Positions 1 to 10,731 of a stretch of DNA of 64,000 bases are shown here, in pieces (position 1 is the stretch's first letter; every line of letters starts with the position of its first letter). The position numbers and the translations under genes were made by a program. The notes beneath the pieces were generated by a model. It was not told the DNA's origin. It searched no databases and saw nothing but the letters and a program-made list of their open reading frames with translations. The DNA is from an uncultured Phycisphaerales bacterium (lineage in GTDB: Bacteria > Planctomycetota > Phycisphaerae > Tepidisphaerales > Tepidisphaeraceae): the NCBI GenBank assembly GCA_963844715.1, contig CAWJPJ010000006.1, positions 544,001 through 608,000 of the forward strand. The letters are read 5' to 3'.

Positions 1-99
1 CGGGGAGAGGGTTAGGGTGAGGGGCGGTTTTCGAAGACCCCTCACTCCTGCCCTCTACCGCAAGCCCTCGATCTTGCCTATCCTAATGGTGAAGCAATT

Positions 100-1299
100 A
101 TGGAAGAGACCTTACCAAACTCGCCCGCCGAATTGGCATTGCCTAATCCGCTACACGATTTGCACGAGCGGGCGGAGGCGGAATTTCAGCTTTATGGGGG
201 CGTGGAAATCGTTTGCACTTTCGGCCAGCCCCAAGCCGAATATTCGGCACTACATAAGGGATGCGCGCTGATGGATTTGCCGCAACGCGGCATCCTGCAA
301 GTCGGCGGGAAAGATCGGCTCGATTTTCTGAACCGATTGCTCACGAACCAGCTTATTAATAAGGAGACGAAAAAGCCGCTCGCCGCGGGTGAGGGGGTTT
401 ATGCGTTCCTTCTGAACCAAAAGGGGCGGATCATTGCAGATTTGAATGTCCTGGAGCGAGGCGAATTTACCTATCTTGAGACGGATGCCCGGATGATCGC
501 GCCGGTGGAGGTTGAACTCAAGAAATATCTCTTTCGGGAAAAGGTGACGTTCGCATCCCAGATTGGGCAATTACACCAGATTGCCCTGCACGGCCCGCAA
601 GCCGCGGCGATTATGAATGAGTTCGCCGCCGATGTTCCCTTGGCGGGGCCGTTGAGATCGTTTAGCGCCAAAGTCCTCGAGACCGACGTAACTGTGTGGC
701 GTGACGACATCACCGCCTCCCCCGGGCTTTTCATAATATTGCCATTGGATTCGGCGGCCCAGTTCTGGCGGAAATTGCTGGAGCGATTTTCTCGCCCCGA
801 ATCGCTGGCAGCCAGCCCCACGGCTCAGCCCGCCAAGCGCGGCGTCTGGCCCTGCGGCTGGGCCGCGTTTAACGCGGCACGCATCGAGGCTGGCCGCGCC
901 TTGTTCGGGATCGACTTCGACGGCACCGTCCTCCCCGCCGAAACCGGCCAATTCAACCGCGCCGTGAGCGTCACCAAGGGGTGCTACGTCGGCCAGGAGG
1001 TCGTCGCCCGCATGCATGCCCGGCAGCAGGTTCCCCGCCTCGTCGTTGGGATCAAAATGGAACTCGACGCTCTGCCCGTGGCGGGCGCGGGCATTTTTGA
1101 TGCGGAGCAAAATCGCGTCGGGCAAATCACCAGCAGCACGATCTCTCCGATCATGTCCAACGCCGCCATCTGTCTGGGAATGGTAAAAAAACCGTTCATG
1201 GCGTCCGGAACGCAACTGCACATCGCGGCGGAGGGCGCCATCCGCACCGGGTTCGTCGTCGATCTGCCGTTCGTATTGCGGCGGGAGCAGGAAAAGTGA
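100..1299 (+). CDS. YgfZ/GcvT-family folate-binding protein
   Basis: 399 aa; YgfZ signature KGCYVGQE; GcvT-like segments DRLDFLNRLLTN and GQITSSTISP. Confidence 0.9.
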   Translation: MEETLPNSPAELALPNPLHDLHERAEAEFQLYGGVEIVCTFGQPQAEYSALHKGCALMDLPQRGILQVGGKDRLDFLNRLLTNQLINKETKKPLAAGEGVYAFLLNQKGRIIADLNVLERGEFTYLETDARMIAPVEVELKKYLFREKVTFASQIGQLHQIALHGPQAAAIMNEFAADVPLAGPLRSFSAKVLETDVTVWRDDITASPGLFIILPLDSAAQFWRKLLERFSRPESLAASPTAQPAKRGVWPCGWAAFNAARIEAGRALFGIDFDGTVLPAETGQFNRAVSVTKGCYVGQEVVARMHARQQVPRLVVGIKMELDALPVAGAGIFDAEQNRVGQITSSTISPIMSNAAICLGMVKKPFMASGTQLHIAAEGAIRTGFVVDLPFVLRREQEK

Positions 1300-2102
1300 T
1301 TGATTCGGCCTACTGGGCAAAACCCGGCAAACGGATCGATCTCTCCAAATTCGCGACCGGCGACACCGGTCCATTCAAGCACAAGGATAACGCCGCCCCG
1401 CTCGTCGAGAAGAATCTCACGAAACTCATCGAGCTACAGGACAGGCTTTACGCCGCGGGCACGCACGCGCTGCTGATCGTCCTTCAGGCACTCGACGCCG
1501 GCGGGAAAGACGGCGCCATCCGCCACGTCTTCAGCGGCGTCAACCCGCAGGGCTGCCAGGTCACCGGATTCAAAGTCCCCACGCACGAGGAACTGGCCCA
1601 CGATTATCTATGGCGCTATCACAAAGCCTGCCCGAAACGCGGAATGATCGGCATCTTCAACCGCTCCCACTATGAAAGCGTCCTGGTCGAGCGCGTGCAC
1701 AAGATCGCCCCGAAGAAGGTCTGGTCGCGCAGGTATGACCAGATCAACCATTTCGAGCAAATGCTGACGGCCGAGAAAACCGTCATCCTCAAATTCTTCC
1801 TCCACATCTCCAAAGAAGAACAAAAACGCCGCCTGAAAGCGCGCTTGGCCGACAAATCCAAGAACTGGAAATTCCAGCCCAGCGATCTGCATGAGCGCGA
1901 GTATTGGGACGATTACGTGGAGGCATGGCAGGACCTGCTCCAGAAATGTTCCACAGAGGAATCTCCGTGGTTCGTCGTGCCGTCCGATCATAAATGGTTC
2001 AGGAATTGGGTCCTGTCCGACACGATCGTGCGGACCCTGGACAAGCTCGATCTGAAATACCCGCCGGCGGCGAAGGGGTTGGATAAGGTGAAAATTAAAT
2101 GA
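1296..2102 (+). CDS. ppk2: Polyphosphate kinase 2 family (class III-like) polyphosphate:nucleotide phosphotransferase
   Basis: Walker A LQALDAGGKDG; FNRSHYE; KFFLHISKEEQ; 4-bp overlap with upstream gene. Confidence 0.93.
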   Translation: MIDSAYWAKPGKRIDLSKFATGDTGPFKHKDNAAPLVEKNLTKLIELQDRLYAAGTHALLIVLQALDAGGKDGAIRHVFSGVNPQGCQVTGFKVPTHEELAHDYLWRYHKACPKRGMIGIFNRSHYESVLVERVHKIAPKKVWSRRYDQINHFEQMLTAEKTVILKFFLHISKEEQKRRLKARLADKSKNWKFQPSDLHEREYWDDYVEAWQDLLQKCSTEESPWFVVPSDHKWFRNWVLSDTIVRTLDKLDLKYPPAAKGLDKVKIK

Positions 2103-2324
2103 TGAGCGGGAATTCCCATTTACGGATAGACACTCCGTTTGTCGCTACGGCACAGGAACCGGCCTGACCTACGCCCAAGTTTTTCCCGGCAAGCCAATAA
2201 TCCCAAGATCGAGTCTGGGGTGGATTCCCGCTCATCGGGTAGCTGGATTCGCGACTGTTTGCCGCAGGAACAACCTGCCGTCCGCGATTCTCTGTTGCCC
2301 GGGAACGTGCTAAACTGAGCAGCA

Positions 2325-2791
2325 ATGGCCAAGGTCTATTTGGAAACCAGCTTTTTCAGCGCTTGCGTCGCCGGCAGATCGGACGCCGCCAGCATATTCC
2401 GCAAGCAAGAAAGTCAGCGGTGGTGGACACTTCAAAGGACCGCGCACGAGTTGTCGCTCTGCGCCGAAGTGCTGCGCGAGCTGTCCGATCCGGCGTTTGC
2501 GCAACGCGACCTCGCCCTGGCCATGACGGCAGGCCTCAACCTACTACCGCTCGACGATGACGTGGTAGGATTCGCGAAAGTTCTGGTGGGGAGCAGGTGA
2601 TGCCCGGTCCGGAAAGCTCAGGCGACTCGCTGCATGTGGCGGCGGCAACCGTTCATTCCATGCAATATCTCCTGACCTGGAACGTGAAGCACCTGGCCAA
2701 TGTGAACAAAGTGAGGCATTTGCAGGAGGTCTGCCGCCGCGTGGGATACCTGCCCCCGGCAATTGTCACCCCGGATCTGCTTTGGACATGA
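2325..2791 (+). CDS. PIN-domain (VapC-like) protein, frameshifted near 2590
   Basis: VYLETS at start of ORF 2325..2600; DSLHVAAA and YLLTWNVKHLAN in ORF 2597..2791; the two halves make one PIN fold. Confidence 0.8.
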
Positions 2792-3069
2792 TAGAATGGG
2801 GACGTATGAACAGGCCCTCCCATGGCGGCGAAGAAGCGGACCCCCTTATCGAAGAAGTGAGGGCGATTCGCCGTTCTATCTGCGACCTCTACGGGCGGGA
2901 CCTGGATAAGCTCGCCGGGCACCTTCGTGCCATCGAAGAAGAGTTTCGGCAGCGCTCCGGCCGCTTTTCCAGCGTTCCGCTCGAAGCAGGGGAAGAACTT
3001 TTTCCCGGCGCATTGCAGCGCGAGGCCGATCCATTCCTCTCCGACTTACGAAAACTCCGCAAGGGTTAG
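2782..3069 (+). CDS. Small hypothetical protein, possible antitoxin partner of the PIN gene
   Basis: Overlaps PIN stop; DPLIEEVRAIRR helix of the type often seen behind this PIN class; start uncertain. Confidence 0.55.
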   Translation: MDMIEWGRMNRPSHGGEEADPLIEEVRAIRRSICDLYGRDLDKLAGHLRAIEEEFRQRSGRFSSVPLEAGEELFPGALQREADPFLSDLRKLRKG

Positions 3070-3196
3070 AGCTGGCCACGCTTACTTCTCGCCTCGGGGT
3101 CGTCGTCGGTCAAATCCCTTTGACTTCGATCCAATGTTCCGCCACGGATTAACCCCGCTTGTTTCGCTGCGGAGTTCGCAGAGAGTGCAAATATGA

Positions 3197-3242
3197 GAAT
3201 GCCGAATGCTGAATTAATTCATCATTCAGTGCTCGGCAATTC
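3197..3242. repeat. Short heptamer-based imperfect inverted repeat
   Basis: gaatgcc-gaatgct-gaat ... cattcagtgctcggcaattc directly beyond a minus-strand stop. Confidence 0.5.
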
Positions 3243-3672
3243 TTATCGAGGTGGTTTTCGCAGCCGCGAGGTCGCGCTTCGCACTTCCCGCCATTGAGAC
3301 ATGTCGTATTTCGAATCTTCCCCCGCGACGCCCGCCAGCGATTCTTCGTCTTCGGAATCTTCCGAATGCGATTCCCAGTCGTAGGCTCGCCCTTCGAGGG
3401 CCGCGAGTTCCTGGCGCGTGACGAGGTCTTCGCCGCCGCGCGGCGGTGGCGGCGCTGAGATCGGCGGCGGGGCCATCACCGGGTCGCTGTCCTCAACAAA
3501 GTCGCCGCTTGGGTTTCACCGGTTCGGCGACCGAGCCAAACGCCACTTCGACAAGGAGAAATCCCCCTTCAATTCGGGAAGGAATGCTGCCGTTGCGAAC
3601 GGCTTCGAGAATCTGATCAATCCCACAGTGCCACATCTCGGCGGCGACGGCGGGAGCTACCCAGCAAGACAT
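3243..3672 (-). CDS. Hypothetical protein with N-terminal excisionase-like HTH and acidic tail; frameshift near 3495
   Basis: GGAGG RBS before MSCWVAPAVAAEMWHCGIDQILEAVRNGSIPS; continues in ORF 3243..3479. Confidence 0.5.
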
Positions 3673-3732
3673 CCAAACGCCTCCAAATCTACTTGTGATT
3701 GTCATCGGCACAGGCGCACCCCATGCTGAAGA

Positions 3733-3820
3733 TAATGAGAAATGACGAGCGATGAATCGCGAGCGATAAACTAAAAACCGCAAGTTTTAGCTCATCGTTC
3801 ATAATTCATCGTTCATCGTT
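3733..3820. repeat. Heptamer-based inverted repeat (CGATGAA/TTCATCG type)
   Basis: aatgacgagcgatgaat...aaactaaaa / agttttagctcatcgttcataattcatcgttcatcgtt. Confidence 0.6.
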
Positions 3821-3856
3821 CCCTCCATCATTTCCCCTACGTCCGGTAACCCCGAT

Positions 3857-5004
3857 TTAATCCAACCAATCCTTCTTCTTCAATCGATCCGGAACGTACT
3901 CTTCCGTCACGTACGAAATGCTCTTGCTGATCAACGATTCGACTTCCATCTTGAAGCCGTTTTTCAAAAGCTTGGCAATCTCTTTTTGCCATTCTTTCTT
4001 TTCCTTGAACCATTCGTAGTTGGCAATTTGCTGGTGCGCTTGCGGTCGCCGTCGTCGAGGGTGATTTTCACATCGTCGCGCAGCGAGCATCGTTCGTAAT
4101 CCAGACTGCGCAGTCCCAGATATTTCGCCTCGGGGATGGCCATGCGCTGCGATTCATACGCGAGATTGATCGAGCCGGTTTTGATGACGCTGTAGATGTA
4201 GTACCCCCACGGATCGTTATCGAGCAGGCAATAAATCGGCAAGCCCAGATCGTTATGTAATCGCTGCAACAAACGCCGAACGCCGCGTGGCGGCTGGCCG
4301 CCCCCTTCGGTCAAAATGCAATTGTGCTTTTCCCAGAACCGATCTTCATTGAATCGATTCCAAACCGTGTCCTTTTCGACATGCAGGACGAACTTCGCCT
4401 CGCACTTCCCGAACTTGATGACGTCCGGCTCCACGATCGACGGAATGGCGTAACCCCCCGTGCCCATGCGGCGGCAGTCGATCACGTCGCCGTTGTCTTC
4501 AACGGTGATGTTCCCGACGAGGGTCCCTTTCTTCTTCGCGAAGACGTGCAGCTCCTCGCGGAAGCTGCCAAGGGAAACCTCCAAATCCTCGATAATGCCG
4601 TCCGATTCCTCCTGTCCGGCGAAGGTCTTTTCGTTCGTTCCGGGAATGGTGTGCAGGCTTTTATAAAAGAGTCCGCGGAGGCTGGTCGTCTTCCCCTCGT
4701 CGATCAGATCGTGAGCCCCCTCGGCGATCACGACCGTTTGCATGAACTTCTTGGCCTGCCCGAGATTGAAAAAATTCCGCGTCTGCTTGTTTCCGCCCAT
4801 CTGAATGATGCGCTTGCGGGTGTTATAGCTGACGTTGGAAAGATTGCGCGTGGGGATGTCCAGGCCCGGGTCTTTCTGCCGCGAGGCTACATCCCAAATC
4901 TCCCCCGCCAATACTTCGATCTTTTTCGCCGTCGCCTTGCCGCGGGTGACTGCCTTGCCGCCCACATCGGTGCGGCCGTCTTTTGTCGGTTTACGTTTTG
5001 CCAT
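3857..5004 (-). CDS. top6A: DNA topoisomerase VI subunit A (Spo11-like), frameshift near 4045
   Basis: LRGLFY region of the catalytic 5Y-CAP domain; QEESDGIIEDLE; TOPRIM VEKD, DNDPWG, GSINLAYES; C-terminus KMEVESL in ORF 3857..4090. Confidence 0.93.
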
Positions 5005-5012
5005 GACAACTC

Positions 5013-6947
5013 CTATGCCGCATCGGTTTCAAAAAGTTTCGCCTGACGATAGCCCCCCGCCGGCTGCTTCTTGTCCGCCGCCGCGTCTTCCGGCGCATCC
5101 GGCACCGGCGCCGTCTCGATGACGACCACGTTCTTATCCCCGTCGATCTTTCCGGCCTTGACCGGCTTCCCGCCCGGCGGGAGCCGATTCCCATCCTCGT
5201 CCAGTTCCACATCCGCCTGGAGCGTGAACTTCTTGGCCGTTTTCATCATCGCCTCATACAGTTCCTTGCGCTTCTTCTCGCTCTGCCCGGTTATTTTGCC
5301 GATCGCAGTGACAACTTCACCGACATATTTTTCAAAGATGCCGCGGCGGGCCTGCTCGCGGGCGATTCTCTGCCGCTTTCGCACGTACGCATTCAGCTTC
5401 CGCCCGCATTCCTGAATCGCCAGCTTGATCTCTTTGCGAATCTCATCGTAATCGGCAATCGCTTCCTTCGATTCGCTCGTGAACGGCACCCAAACCGACG
5501 CCATGTGCACAAAGATCACAATCGGCCCCTCAGGCATCCCATTTCGCGGCTGGCTCAAGCCATAATTCCGCCAATTCGTGTCGATGACGCTCTTGGTGAT
5601 GCAACAAGCCGACGGCTGATAGAGCAGCGGCACGCGATTGGCAAAGCGAATTACCCGGGCCGTGTCTTCAATCGGCAACTGCCCGCCGTACGCGACGCCC
5701 ACCTCGATCTGAAAGGGATTCCCGCGATAAACAGCCGGGTCGCGCGTGTCGGCCGTATAAAACTCCGCCTTAATCTCCTTGAGCAAACCCTTAAGAATCT
5801 GCTGCGGCCCGATGGGAACCAGGCAATCCGTCGGCGGCGCGATGATCCGCGTATTTTGGATCGCATGATGCAGCCGATCCGCCTCCTCGCGCGCGACCTG
5901 GGCGCACCATGTGTTTGGCGTAAGCCCCGCCTTCTCGCAAATCTCCTTCGAAACCTTCGGACTCACCCGGCTGAATTCGCCCTGTAAGAATCCGCCCAGA
6001 TGCTTGTGGTCCGTCTCCTTGAGCATCCGGATCAGAACGCCAAGCTCCACCCCATAAGGATGCGGCTTGATCGACTTGGGAGAGTCCGGCACATCGTGCA
6101 CCTCGCGCGGAAAATCCCGAACCAGCCCGTCCGGCGCCGTCCAATGAATGGCCGCGTGCGGATTGGCGATCGCCGTCTGCTCGAGATACTCATCCACGCT
6201 CGCCCGCCCGCGCTGGAACCGCGCTTCGAGGGTGATGCTCACTTCCGTGCCGTGTTCCATCTCAACGCCGTCGGCGTTCCAGATCGCCATCTCCTGATCG
6301 GAAATGATCTCCGGCCGATTTTTCTGCGTATCCATCTGCAACTCAAACCGATGCGCCGGCTTCTTCTTCCCCGTCCGGCTCACAATCTGCACCGATTGCC
6401 CCGTCGTCAGCAAGCCATACATCCCCGCCGCGCTGATCCCAATCCCCTGCTGGCCTCGGCTCATGCGCAGTCGATGAAACTTGCTCCCGTATAACAACCT
6501 TCCGAAGACGTTGGGAATCTGCGCTTTCACGATGCCCGGCCCGTTGTCGCGCACGGTGACGCGAAAACGCGTCGCGTTGGCGAGCGCCGGGGCCGCGGCT
6601 TCGCTCGATTCAATCAGCGCCGGCTGCTCCGCCTTCTTCTTCGGCTTCGCCTCCAACGGCGGCGCGGCCTTCCCTCCATTGAGCGCATCGATCTTGATCC
6701 AGATCTGGGGAAGGATTTGCCCCTCTTCACACGCGTCGAGCGAATTATCGACGGCTTCCTTGACGGTCGTCAGCAACGCCTTGCGTGGATTGTCAAAACC
6801 CAGGAGATGGCGGTTTTTTGCGAAAAACTCGCTTACCGCGATTTCCTTCTGCTGCCCGGCCATGGATTCGGCGGTTTCCGCCCTGGATTTGGGCGGGCGG
6901 GCAGCCGGTTTTTCGGGGGTGGATTTGGCGCCGGATTTCTTGGCCAT
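5013..6947 (-). CDS. top6B: DNA topoisomerase VI subunit B
   Basis: SEFFAKNRHLLGF; GHKL motifs EAVDNSLDA, DNGPGI, SRGQQGIG; RFANRVPLLY; VPFTSESKEAIA; GGAGG before ATG 6947. Confidence 0.95.
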   Translation of the reverse strand: MAKKSGAKSTPEKPAARPPKSRAETAESMAGQQKEIAVSEFFAKNRHLLGFDNPRKALLTTVKEAVDNSLDACEEGQILPQIWIKIDALNGGKAAPPLEAKPKKKAEQPALIESSEAAAPALANATRFRVTVRDNGPGIVKAQIPNVFGRLLYGSKFHRLRMSRGQQGIGISAAGMYGLLTTGQSVQIVSRTGKKKPAHRFELQMDTQKNRPEIISDQEMAIWNADGVEMEHGTEVSITLEARFQRGRASVDEYLEQTAIANPHAAIHWTAPDGLVRDFPREVHDVPDSPKSIKPHPYGVELGVLIRMLKETDHKHLGGFLQGEFSRVSPKVSKEICEKAGLTPNTWCAQVAREEADRLHHAIQNTRIIAPPTDCLVPIGPQQILKGLLKEIKAEFYTADTRDPAVYRGNPFQIEVGVAYGGQLPIEDTARVIRFANRVPLLYQPSACCITKSVIDTNWRNYGLSQPRNGMPEGPIVIFVHMASVWVPFTSESKEAIADYDEIRKEIKLAIQECGRKLNAYVRKRQRIAREQARRGIFEKYVGEVVTAIGKITGQSEKKRKELYEAMMKTAKKFTLQADVELDEDGNRLPPGGKPVKAGKIDGDKNVVVIETAPVPDAPEDAAADKKQPAGGYRQAKLFETDAA

Positions 6948-7069
6948 GCGTGCGTCCTCCGTGACCTTTATCGTCGAGGGCCGAGTGTAAATCGTTAGCT
7001 TTTCCGATGCAACATTGAGCGGAACCAATCGCCCCGTTACCATCCTGCGGCTCACTTGGAGGTGGCGAA

Positions 7070-9012
7070 ATGGGCAAACCCGCCGGCCCGGCTGATTTGG
7101 CGCTCCTGAAAGCGATGTCGCAGCAGTATCCGACCGCCGCCGCCGCTGCGCAGGAACTCGCCGCCGAGCGCGCCGAACTGCTCCTTCCCGCCCCCGCGAT
7201 CCACGTCATCAGCGACGTACACGGCGAAGCCGCCAAGCTCCGGCATGTCATCAACAACGCCTCGGGAAGATTGCGGCCGCTGGTCGACCGCCTCTTCACC
7301 AGCCGCGTCGTCGAGCGCGAGCGGCAGGAACTCCTGGCGCTGCTTTATTATCCGCAGGAGCAGATGCAGCATCTGAAGGATTGGCTCAGCCAGCCCCGGC
7401 GCCGCAAGCAGTGGGCCGCCGCCATGCTCCGCCGGCAATTCGAAATGATCCGCGAAATGTGCGGCCAGCGCCGGCTTTCGCAAGTTACGGCCCTGATCGC
7501 GCCGGTGCATCGCGAGTTGTTCGCCGAATTGCTCGCCGAGCCGCTGGTGAGATGGGAGAGCGCGTATATCGACGAAATGCTCAGCGCTCTGGGCGATAAC
7601 GATCAGGATTTGGCGGCCGTCCGCGCCGCGTCACACTTGATCCGCAATCTCGCCTACGGCGAACTGATCGTGGCCGGGGATCTCCCCGATCGTGGCCCCC
7701 GCACGGACGGCGTGATCGAATATCTCCGCCAGCAGCCCAACACGACCATCGTCTGGGGAAATCACGATGCTCATTGGATGGGGGCGTGCCTGGGGCAGGA
7801 GGCGCTAATCGCCTCCGTACTCCGTTTCTCGGTCAAGTACGCCCGCCTCGAACAGCTTGAAGAAGGATACGGCATTTCGCTTGAACCTCTGAAGAAACTC
7901 GCCCGCGAGATCTACGGAAGCGACCCCTGTCAACAATTTGCCGCGGCCGGCAATACCCCGCGCGATCCGCAACTTCTACGGCGGATGCACAAGGCGATCT
8001 CCATCATTCAATTCAAATTGGATGGCCAGACGATCACGCGCAATCCGCAATGGCACATGGAGAATCGGAACCTGGTTCCGAATATCAACTTGGCCGCCGG
8101 AACGGTGACGATCGAAGGAAAGAGCTATCCACTGCTCGACAAGAATTTCCCGACGATCGACAAATCAGACCCCAACGCCCTCTCCCCCGCCGAGCGCGAG
8201 TGCTTCAGCGCGTTCCGCCAATCGTTCACCACCAGCCCCCGCCTGTGGGAACACATGCGATGGGTCAACGAGCGCGGCCACATGTGGCAGCGGCGCGATC
8301 CCGCGCTGATCTTCCACGGTTGCCTACCGGTCGATGCCTCGGGCAAGCCCCTGCCCTTGAACGTCGACGCGAAGGAATGCGTTGGCCGCCAGTTAATGGA
8401 CGCGCTGGAAATGGTAGTCCACCGCGCGTTCGGCTCGGGCGGCGGGAATGCCGGGGCGGATGCGGACTGGTTCTGGTATCTCCGCTGCGGACCGCGATCG
8501 CCGCTCTCCGGAGTAGATAAGGTTGCGGCGTTCGAGGGGTACTTCGTCGCCGATGCCGCCGCAAAAAAGAAAATCAGGAACCCCTATTTCCAGCTCATCA
8601 ACGACGCGAATTTCTGCAAACGGATCGGCAAGGATTTCGGCATGTCCGATGACGTCCTCATCGTCAACGGGCACGTGCCAGTAAAAATCGAGCAAGGAGA
8701 GAACCCGGTCAAGAGAGGCGGCAACGCCGTCACTATCGACGGGGCATTCTCCGAAGCGTACGGCGATCGCGGTTATACGCTTATTCTCGACGCCGCGGGA
8801 ATCAGCCTGGCCGAGCATGCGCATTTCCAGTCGATCCAGCAGGTGATCGAAAAGGGAATCGACATGGTGCCGACGCTGACTTCTCTGCGGACCTATGATC
8901 CGCCGCGGACGTGCGCCAGACGGATCACGGGCAGGCCCTGAAAGCCAATATCGAAATCCTTCAAAATCTCATCGTCGCTTATCGGAACGGGCAAATTTCC
9001 GAAGCGAAGTGA
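7070..9012 (+). CDS. fbp: Fructose-1,6-bisphosphatase class III (Firmicutes-type), frameshift near 8915
   Basis: SDVHGE; GDLPDRGP; WGNHD; FHGCLP; NGHVPVK; IDGAFSEAY; C-terminus LIVAYRNGQISEAK* in another frame ending 9012. Confidence 0.88.
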
Positions 9013-9068
9013 GACAAATCACCGTCCGATTAAGCCTGTGGGCTGAATAACTTTAAGACGCTCTATTT

Positions 9069-9875
9069 ATGAACCGATCTCTAGCCCATGGGAAGGCGTC
9101 TGTGCGCTGGTCATTTTCGCGGGATATTACCGGCCCGTTGGTTCTGGCGCTCGTGGCCGCGCTGGTGCTGCTGGCTCCCGCCGCGGCGTGCGCGGAAACG
9201 GCCACCTATGATTCCGCCACCGGCCTCCTCCCGACCGATCCCCCCTTCCGATACGTCGATACCTCTTCGCTCTTCGGCTCGCCCGTCAATCCAACCATCT
9301 CCGACGACGTCGCCTCCCTCGGCCCCACCAGCGACCTTGGCCGCTCCTTCTGGTACACCGACGAAATGATCCTGTCTGATGAGACCGGCTTCGAAATCTC
9401 CGCGACCCTCAAACTCGATTCCGAATCCTCAACCGATCCCACCGACCAGGCCGGCCTGGCGATCGCCTTTTCCGACGATCAGGATCTCTATCAGAATCTT
9501 TTCATCACCCCCACGGAAGTCTTCTTCAGCAAGCTCAACCCCAGCCAGACCGACATCGTGCCCGACACCAGCTACGCGATGGACACGACCACCTGGAACA
9601 CGTTTACCATCCAGGTTCAAGACGGCGACGTTGACTTGAGCGTGGACGGCACCCCCGAGATTTCCTCCACGATGTTTAATCTCTCGGCCACCGGCCAGCT
9701 CGTTCTCCCCGATTATGCCGCCCTCGGCGACATTTCCCCAGTCGCAAATTCGCAGTTCGATTTCACATCGTTCTCGGTCGTAGTCCCCGAACCCTCCTAC
9801 GCCGGCGCCACCGCCGTCGCAATCGCGCTCATCATCGCCTCGCGCGTACGACGATCGCACGCGCAGCACGCCTAG
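9069..9875 (+). CDS. Secreted PEP-CTERM protein with a lectin-like beta domain
   Basis: Hydrophobic signal ending AAACA; acidic beta-rich body; C-terminal VPEPS + TM helix + RVRR; start uncertain. Confidence 0.75.
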   Translation: MNRSLAHGKASVRWSFSRDITGPLVLALVAALVLLAPAAACAETATYDSATGLLPTDPPFRYVDTSSLFGSPVNPTISDDVASLGPTSDLGRSFWYTDEMILSDETGFEISATLKLDSESSTDPTDQAGLAIAFSDDQDLYQNLFITPTEVFFSKLNPSQTDIVPDTSYAMDTTTWNTFTIQVQDGDVDLSVDGTPEISSTMFNLSATGQLVLPDYAALGDISPVANSQFDFTSFSVVVPEPSYAGATAVAIALIIASRVRRSHAQHA

Positions 9876-9878
9876 GGC

Positions 9879-9952
9879 CATTCGGTCATTCGGTCATTCG
9901 GATTTGATTCGGATTTCGGGTTTCTGGTTTCGGATTTCCGCCGCAACGGCGG
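9879..9952. repeat. Right arm only of the heptamer IR element, followed by GC hairpin ccgccgcaacggcgg
   Basis: cattcggtcattcggtcattcggatttgattcggatttcgggtttctggtttcggatttc matches the right arms at 43.6, 45.0, 46.4, 48.5 and 49.3 kb. Confidence 0.85.
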
Positions 9953-9953
9953 C

Positions 9954-10241
9954 TCACGCCGTCAAGTCCAGATGTGGGTTCTCTTCGTCTTGCGAATCCT
10001 CAGCCTTTCCCTTGGACTTGCGATTCTCTTTCTTCGGATTCTTCGGATTGGAATGATCATCGTCCATGGCGGCCGGCTCTTCGGTGTTCTCCACCTGATC
10101 CTCCGAGCCATCCTCCCGGGCAGCGACGTTTTTGCGGAGCTGCTGGGCGTGATGAAGCTGCCGGGCCTTGTCGCCAGACTGCTGCTTCTGGACCACTGAG
10201 GTCTGTAGAATCGATCCCGTGACCGGATTCATCTGGCTCAT
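9954..10241 (-). CDS. Small hypothetical protein
   Basis: MSQMNPVTGSILQ...HLDLTA; low-complexity charged tail. Confidence 0.55.
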   Translation of the reverse strand: MSQMNPVTGSILQTSVVQKQQSGDKARQLHHAQQLRKNVAAREDGSEDQVENTEEPAAMDDDHSNPKNPKKENRKSKGKAEDSQDEENPHLDLTA

Positions 10242-10731
10242 AATTCCATCCCCGTGCTCGTCACTCCCCGCTAAGAATAATATCGGCAAAAGCCCTTTCC
10301 CGCGCACGGTTGCAACACCGGCGAATCGTGAAATTAATTCCTCCCTTTATGGGACGCCGATGGAAAGCTTTACCCGCCAATAAGTAACGCGCCTGCATGT
10401 GTCGCCCGCGCCGTTTCTGCGCTTTGTACGGTTTATACGGGCCATGCACGGGAGCAATCGGGCCCCGGCGGCTGATAACCCCGCGCCCCCCTTTTCGGAA
10501 CCTCGCGCATATCCGGCAACTCAATCCCCGCTTGTTAAAAAATCCGCCGGGCCCGGCGTTTTCCCCCCTTTTTTTCGACACGCTCAAATTCCTGGGGCAT
10601 ATTCCAGCATCGAGTTCACGTCGAACAGCCATCTCGCCAGATCGGCTCGACGTTGACCAAGTCAGGGAAGAATTTGCCGGGGACTTTTGTCGTACTTGCG
10701 TGATGTTGTTTTTTCGAAAGAGGGTGTTGGT

